This document shows, piece after piece, positions 59,110 to 64,000 of a DNA stretch of 64,000 nt. The stretch's first letter is position 1. Each line of letters begins with the position of its first letter. The stretch lies in contig CAWEJX010000004.1 in NCBI GenBank assembly GCA_963809485.1, forward strand, positions 160,001 to 224,000, given 5' to 3'. Below the pieces are notes generated by a model that did no database searches, was not told where the DNA came from, and saw nothing but the letters and a program-made list of their open reading frames with translations. The position numbers and the translations under genes are program-made. This DNA comes from an uncultured Acidobacteriota bacterium. Its GTDB lineage: Bacteria > Acidobacteriota > UBA6911.

Positions 59110-60555
59110 CTAAAAAGCTTCCCGTATCTTCGCCGCCCAGTGGACGAAATTGCCGTAGAGGTGCCCAAGGTGGGGCGCCGGGGAAAAGTGCCCGTGCCTG
59201 AGGTCCGTCTCCAGGGACTTTTTCATCAGCTCCATCGGGATATTTTTGCTGTCGGGCAGCGTGCGGTCGTAAAAGAACAGCAATTCAACATGGGCGCCAT
59301 GGCCATACTCGATCGGGATAATCTGGAAATTATTCGGCGCGTTTAAAATCAGCTTCCTATCGATGAAGTCGTTGAGGAACTCCGGAAACGCTTTAGCTAT
59401 CTCACAGGTGTGGCGGAGCGAGTCTGCGTGCAGGACCGGCGCCCACCCTCCGCCAAGCTTCAGCACGCGTTGCAGGAAACTCACGATGATGAAGAAGTCC
59501 ATATTGTCTTCCCATATCTTACGAATGGATGGATCGACTTCTTCTCCCCCAGTTTCTCTGACGATATCCCACAGGACCCGCTCCTCATACGCCGTTTCCT
59601 CCGGAGACGAGGTGGCCAGGTAAACCCAGACCGCGCAGGACAGCTCTTTCTGGAAAAGTCCGCTGTTCCACAGCGTCCAGAAATCGTTGGCCGAAACCGT
59701 GAACATCACAGCCGCAGTGGCATAGAAGAACTTCAGCACCGCCGCACCGATTTCGGCTCTGCCCATTTCGATCATGAAATCGCGGGCCTTTTCGAGCGCA
59801 GCAAACTTGAAGATAAAGACTTTGTGGCAGTCCTGAGGCAGGCGGACCTTGTACGATGGAGTGCGTCCAAAAGACGGCATGACTGCAGGCCCTTTCCAGG
59901 CGTCCAGGCCAATGGCTGCCTTGGTAAAAACGCCGCGCCCCTTCTGAATCAAGCCTACCAGACTTGGTCCGGGCCCATCCGGGCAGAACCATCCGGCGTC
60001 ACCTCCAAGAGAGCCGGCCCTGAGAATTTCGCCTGAAGGCATCACCCACTCGTATCCCAGCAGATAGCGGTTATTCTTCGAGGTGCTGTGCTGGTTGTGG
60101 TGTTCCCCCTTGCCCAGAAAGTTTGACATTACCGAGCACGACGGTCCTACGGACGGGACCGGATAGCTCAGTCCCCTTTTCATGAGTTCCGGCTTCAACT
60201 GGACATGCCGGACTCCGGGCTCAACCACCACGTAGCGGTCCTCTTCGTTGATCTCCAGGATCCGATTCATTCGTCTCAGGCTGAGAATGATCTTCAGCTT
60301 GGGGCCGGGCGGCATTCCGGCGGAAAGGAGCGAGACGACTGAATTGCACTGGATGTCGTACTGCCTGCATATTTTGACGACAGCCTGCACCTCTTCGGTA
60401 TTGCCCGGCAAAACGACGGCATCGGGGCTTGCGGGCTTGCGGCCATCCTGGGGCGAAGTGTGCCGGTAGGCGGCGAGGATATGGGGGCGGCCACTTATGT
60501 ATTCTTTCCCCACAACGCCTTCGAGCATCCTGAAAATATCTTCCGGTAAGCTCAT
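59110..60555 (-). CDS. FAD-binding oxidoreductase (GlcD/VAO family)
   Basis: PDAVVLP..TEEVQ, LRRMNRILEI, VVEPGV, EWVMPSGE, WFCPDGPGPSL. Confidence 0.85.
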   Translation of the reverse strand: MSLPEDIFRMLEGVVGKEYISGRPHILAAYRHTSPQDGRKPASPDAVVLPGNTEEVQAVVKICRQYDIQCNSVVSLLSAGMPPGPKLKIILSLRRMNRILEINEEDRYVVVEPGVRHVQLKPELMKRGLSYPVPSVGPSCSVMSNFLGKGEHHNQHSTSKNNRYLLGYEWVMPSGEILRAGSLGGDAGWFCPDGPGPSLVGLIQKGRGVFTKAAIGLDAWKGPAVMPSFGRTPSYKVRLPQDCHKVFIFKFAALEKARDFMIEMGRAEIGAAVLKFFYATAAVMFTVSANDFWTLWNSGLFQKELSCAVWVYLATSSPEETAYEERVLWDIVRETGGEEVDPSIRKIWEDNMDFFIIVSFLQRVLKLGGGWAPVLHADSLRHTCEIAKAFPEFLNDFIDRKLILNAPNNFQIIPIEYGHGAHVELLFFYDRTLPDSKNIPMELMKKSLETDLRHGHFSPAPHLGHLYGNFVHWAAKIREAF

Positions 60556-60578
60556 GCGATCGATCCCTTCCCTTTTAA

Positions 60579-61829
60579 TCAAAGCGCGCGCACGACAAGC
60601 TCGCAGAAATCATGGTAGCCAAGCCCATTTTTTCGAGTCTCCGCAGCTTTTTGGAAGCTGGATTGGCAAAAGGGGCAGCTGGAGACTATGGCTTCTGCAC
60701 CCGTGGAAGCGGCTTCTTCAATTCTTTCGCCGGCTGTCCAAAGCGCAAATTCCGGGAACGCGGCGGGCACGCCTCCTCCGCCCCCGCAACAGAACGCGTT
60801 TTCCTCGTTCCGGGTCATCTCGAGCAACTCGATGCCGGGAATCGAGCGCAGAACCTGGCGCGGCGCGTCGTAGACGCCATACGTTCCCCTGCGCCACTGC
60901 TTCGGAGGATCGTGATACCCGTACGGTTTGATTTCCCCGCTCCAGGGCACATACAGCTCCGAAAGCCTGCCGAGAAGGCACGGATCATGATAGGTCACCC
61001 GGATATCCGGAATCCTGCCCGGCCTTAGTCTGCCGTCCTGCAGCAGCCGGCTCACAACTTCGCTGATGTGCAACACTTCGAAATCCAGGCCGGCGAGTCT
61101 CGGATAAAAGCCCTTGAAGGTTCCATAGCACTCGGCGCAGCTTGTAATCAGTGTCTTTATCCCCAGCTTTTTTATTGCTTCCAGGTTATGCCCGGCCAGT
61201 TGTGCAGCGGCCTGTCTTTGTCCGGTCCGCCACAGCGGCGCGCCGCAGCAGTATTCTTCCGCGTACAACAGAGTGAAATCGATTCCGGCGGCGCTCAGGA
61301 TCTTTACTGTGTCGCGGGCGATGCCGGGGTATAGATAGGAGGCGGTGCAGCCGGCGAAATAGGCTGTCTGCGCTCCCTCGGATACCCGCAAACCCTCGGG
61401 CACCCAGTCGAATCGTTCTTTATGCGCCAGTCCATAGATGTTGTGACTGCCGGCGGCATGCACGGCCTGCTCCCTGTGCTGCGGCATCGGTCCCCGGCCG
61501 TCCTCAACGCACTTCGCCCTGAGAGCAAGGATTGTGTCCAGGACTTCCATGTCGCGGACCGATTTGCAGTTGATATCGCAGGCGCCGCAGGTTGTGCACG
61601 CATAAATATGCGCCAGAAGATCCTCTTCATACTCGAGGGTCCCTTCCAGAAGCTCCTGTGCGATATTAATAAGCCCCTGCCCGGAATAGGAATCGAACTT
61701 ATATCTCTGGTATATGGGGCAAACCTCCGAGTATTCCCAGCCTTTCATTTTGGGGCCCAGGATAAAACGGCACTGGCCGCAGTGATTGCAGGATTCCATG
61801 GTGTATTTATAGTCGCCCAGCGTATCCAT
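60579..61829 (-). CDS. (Fe-S)-binding CCG-domain oxidoreductase (GlcF/HdrD-like)
   Basis: CNHCGQC..CP, CTTCGAC...C, YFAGC, CCG, SCAEC, YHDPCLLGR, CCGGGGG, SCPFC. Confidence 0.9.
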   Translation of the reverse strand: MDTLGDYKYTMESCNHCGQCRFILGPKMKGWEYSEVCPIYQRYKFDSYSGQGLINIAQELLEGTLEYEEDLLAHIYACTTCGACDINCKSVRDMEVLDTILALRAKCVEDGRGPMPQHREQAVHAAGSHNIYGLAHKERFDWVPEGLRVSEGAQTAYFAGCTASYLYPGIARDTVKILSAAGIDFTLLYAEEYCCGAPLWRTGQRQAAAQLAGHNLEAIKKLGIKTLITSCAECYGTFKGFYPRLAGLDFEVLHISEVVSRLLQDGRLRPGRIPDIRVTYHDPCLLGRLSELYVPWSGEIKPYGYHDPPKQWRRGTYGVYDAPRQVLRSIPGIELLEMTRNEENAFCCGGGGGVPAAFPEFALWTAGERIEEAASTGAEAIVSSCPFCQSSFQKAAETRKNGLGYHDFCELVVRAL

Positions 61830-61839
61830 ATCTCATTTC

Positions 61840-63358
61840 CTAAAAACAGAGTTTGCCCGGATTCAGGATGTTGTTCGGATCGAAGATGCCTTTCAGCTTT
61901 CTCAGCGCTGTCGCACTTCCGGTATATCGCGCGTAGACCATTTCCGCCCACGGCCCGTACGGCCGGCTGAAAAATGCGCCGTTCTCCATCAGGGATTCCG
62001 AGGCATCCATGAACAGATTCCTGACTTCAGCCGTTTCGTCGGGATTGGACCTGTCGCAGGGCAAACTGAACTCGCAATGGCATCCCCTGCCCTGAACCAT
62101 GGGTTGGACATAAGCGCCTATATCTTCGCCCGGATACCGGTATTTAGCGGCGATCGTTTCCATAAGACGGATGAAGCCTGGAGCTTTACTTAAGGTTGTC
62201 AGAAAAAACAGGTCATGGCACGAACCCTTGCGACGGAGTTTCCAGTACGGTTCTTTTTCCCATGGACCCGACAGTAGTTCGAGAAGAGCATCTTCCTTCC
62301 CCTCCGCTCCGGGCAGCGTAGCCTGTGAGCTTCAATCCAAGTTCCCGGCAGATTTCCTTAAAATACCTTTCCTGGATATTCAGCCTTTCGTCCGCCCTCC
62401 TCTCATACCCGGCGACGCAAACAATAATGGTCCAGGGAGGCAGCTTTTTTTTCAGCTCGCCGTAATCCGAAGGCCAGTTCTCAGCCAGCACAGAAGCCAG
62501 GTTCACGTTGTTCAAGCCCAGGCATTCATCGACGACTCTGCGCTTCAACAGACGGATCATGGGCGCTGCCAGGTCATCGACGTTTGCTATGGGTATAAAA
62601 TAGATCTTCTGCAGGGAAGGCAATACTTCGGCTTTGGTGGTTGCCCAGGTGACCAGGCCCATGGTCCCCTGGGCCCCGGACACGAACCTGCAATAATCAG
62701 TCTGCCCTGGGCCCCAAGGGTCCACCTTGTCGGACTTGAGCGTCTCCAGAGGTCCGGGGCCTGATGCCGAGCCGGTTCTCAAATCATCCCCTGTTCCATA
62801 AACTATCTCCAGGGTCAGAAGCGGATCCAAATAGTCAAACTGATACTTAGGTATGAGGGTCGGTTCCCTTTCCAGGCGGCTGGCAACCACGGATTTGGAG
62901 GCTCGCGGCAGGAAAGGCATGCTGAGCCTCAGCCCTTGTTTCTTCAGTTCCGGAAGAAGCTGTCCAAAGGTCACGCCCGGCTGAACCGTGGCACAGCGGT
63001 TTAGGGAGTCTATTTTGACAATCCTGTTCATCCTGCTGAAGTCCACAATTACACCGCCCTGGACCGGCACGGTGCCGCCGTGAAACCTGGGCGGGCCTGA
63101 GCTGACCGGCACCAGCGGCATCCTGCTTTTATTGGCCAGCCTGACTATTTCCTGCACCTCCTCCCTGCTCTCCGGATACACGAGAAGCAGCGGAGCGCCC
63201 CCGGCGACGAAGCTGCAGTCTTCGGAATATCCCGCAAGAGCAGCCGGATCGCTGACAATTCTCCCGGCCTGGACAATCCCGGTCAGTGAGTCCTTGAATG
63301 CGGCCGCATCGGCAGCAGCTTTGTTTCTCGTCGCGATGTCGTTCTCATCAAAACTCAT
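61840..63358 (-). CDS. FAD-binding oxidoreductase (GlcD/VAO family; frameshift ~62310)
   Basis: VDFSRMNRI, VQPGVT, GAQGTMG.VT; C-terminus FFSRPYG...KLKGIFDPNNILNPGKL in another frame. Confidence 0.85.
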
Positions 63359-63839
63359 GGGCTTGCTCCATCCTATATCCACCGGGAATTTACAATCGGG
63401 TCCGGATAAAACCCGGAGATTCATTCCCGCAAGCGGGGTGGATCCGCGATTCTGCAAAGGCACAATTGACGCCTATAGTACACCGGCATCCGCTTATGCG
63501 CACTATTTTCAGACACTCCATTCCCAGGGGGACTGTTCCCGACGCCCTATGGATTATTGAGTCCGACAAAATGAGGAGTGCTGATTTCTCAAACACAGCT
63601 TGCAGCTGTTTGTTGCTAATTGCATTGCCGCAGTGATTTGCACCCTTTATACTCAACCAAACGGACGCAATGGAGACTCCTGGCTCATGGCAGATGGGGC
63701 GGATCTTGTGCGAAATGCTTCCCCCGTTGGCTTTTGCCGACGCAAACATTAGAAGATGCCTGAGCAAACATTGGCTGAAACATGGCATCCGTAACCTGGC
63801 AACATGAACGGAGCCCTCGGTTCCGGGAGGCAAGACAGA

Positions 63840-64000
63840 ATGCAGGCTGACAGCGAAATCTATGACAGGCTGGAGCATAAATACCACCTTGCAGGTGACA
63901 AACATTTTCGTGAAATACTCGAGACACTCATGACGCCCGATGAAGGAGCCATAATTCTTGAACTGTCCGTTCCCATGACTCCTGGCGAATTGGCAGCCAG
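63840..64000 (+). CDS. 5' end of a probable Fe-S protein (truncated by window edge)
   Basis: GGGAGG RBS; MQADSEIYDRLEHKY...EILETLMTPDEG.IILEL...TPGELA. Confidence 0.5.
   Translation, partial: MQADSEIYDRLEHKYHLAGDKHFREILETLMTPDEGAIILELSVPMTPGELAA

Overview
GC-rich bacterial window, probably from an anaerobic Acidobacteriota-like genome (inferred from Acidobacteria-type Ser/Thr kinase remnants, an ECF-sigma/DUF4252 operon and many redox genes). Many indel frameshifts suggest an imperfect long-read consensus. Positions 1-47 kb carry catabolic, redox and hydrolase genes: three UGSC-family paralogues, an aromatic-acid MFS transporter, an Fe-ADH, an AprA/AprB-like pair, two amidohydrolases, S9/C45/M16 peptidases, two tannase/feruloyl esterases and a Mo-hydroxylase large subunit. 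Positions 47.6-59 kb form an accessory island with three toxin-antitoxin pairs, two AAA-DUF4143 ATPases and kinase remnants. Positions 59-64 kb hold a GlcD/GlcF-like oxidoreductase cluster. Highlights: (1) a compact ~3.9-kb element (55000-58920) encoding an ORF-track-missed Cys-rich protein, a DnaG-type primase and two intact tyrosine recombinases, bounded by two sets of inverted repeats and a GTAA core, with an uninterrupted paralogue of its target site at ~50008; (2) a probable exported selenoprotein (26779-28536) with in-frame UGA, a U-H-G-C motif and a SECIS-like hairpin; (3) five IS200-like non-autonomous elements with modular nested palindromes; (4) a dispersed four-unit TC(A/G)GCG array with 10-12-10 spacing. 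All family assignments come from motif recognition only; no searches were run.
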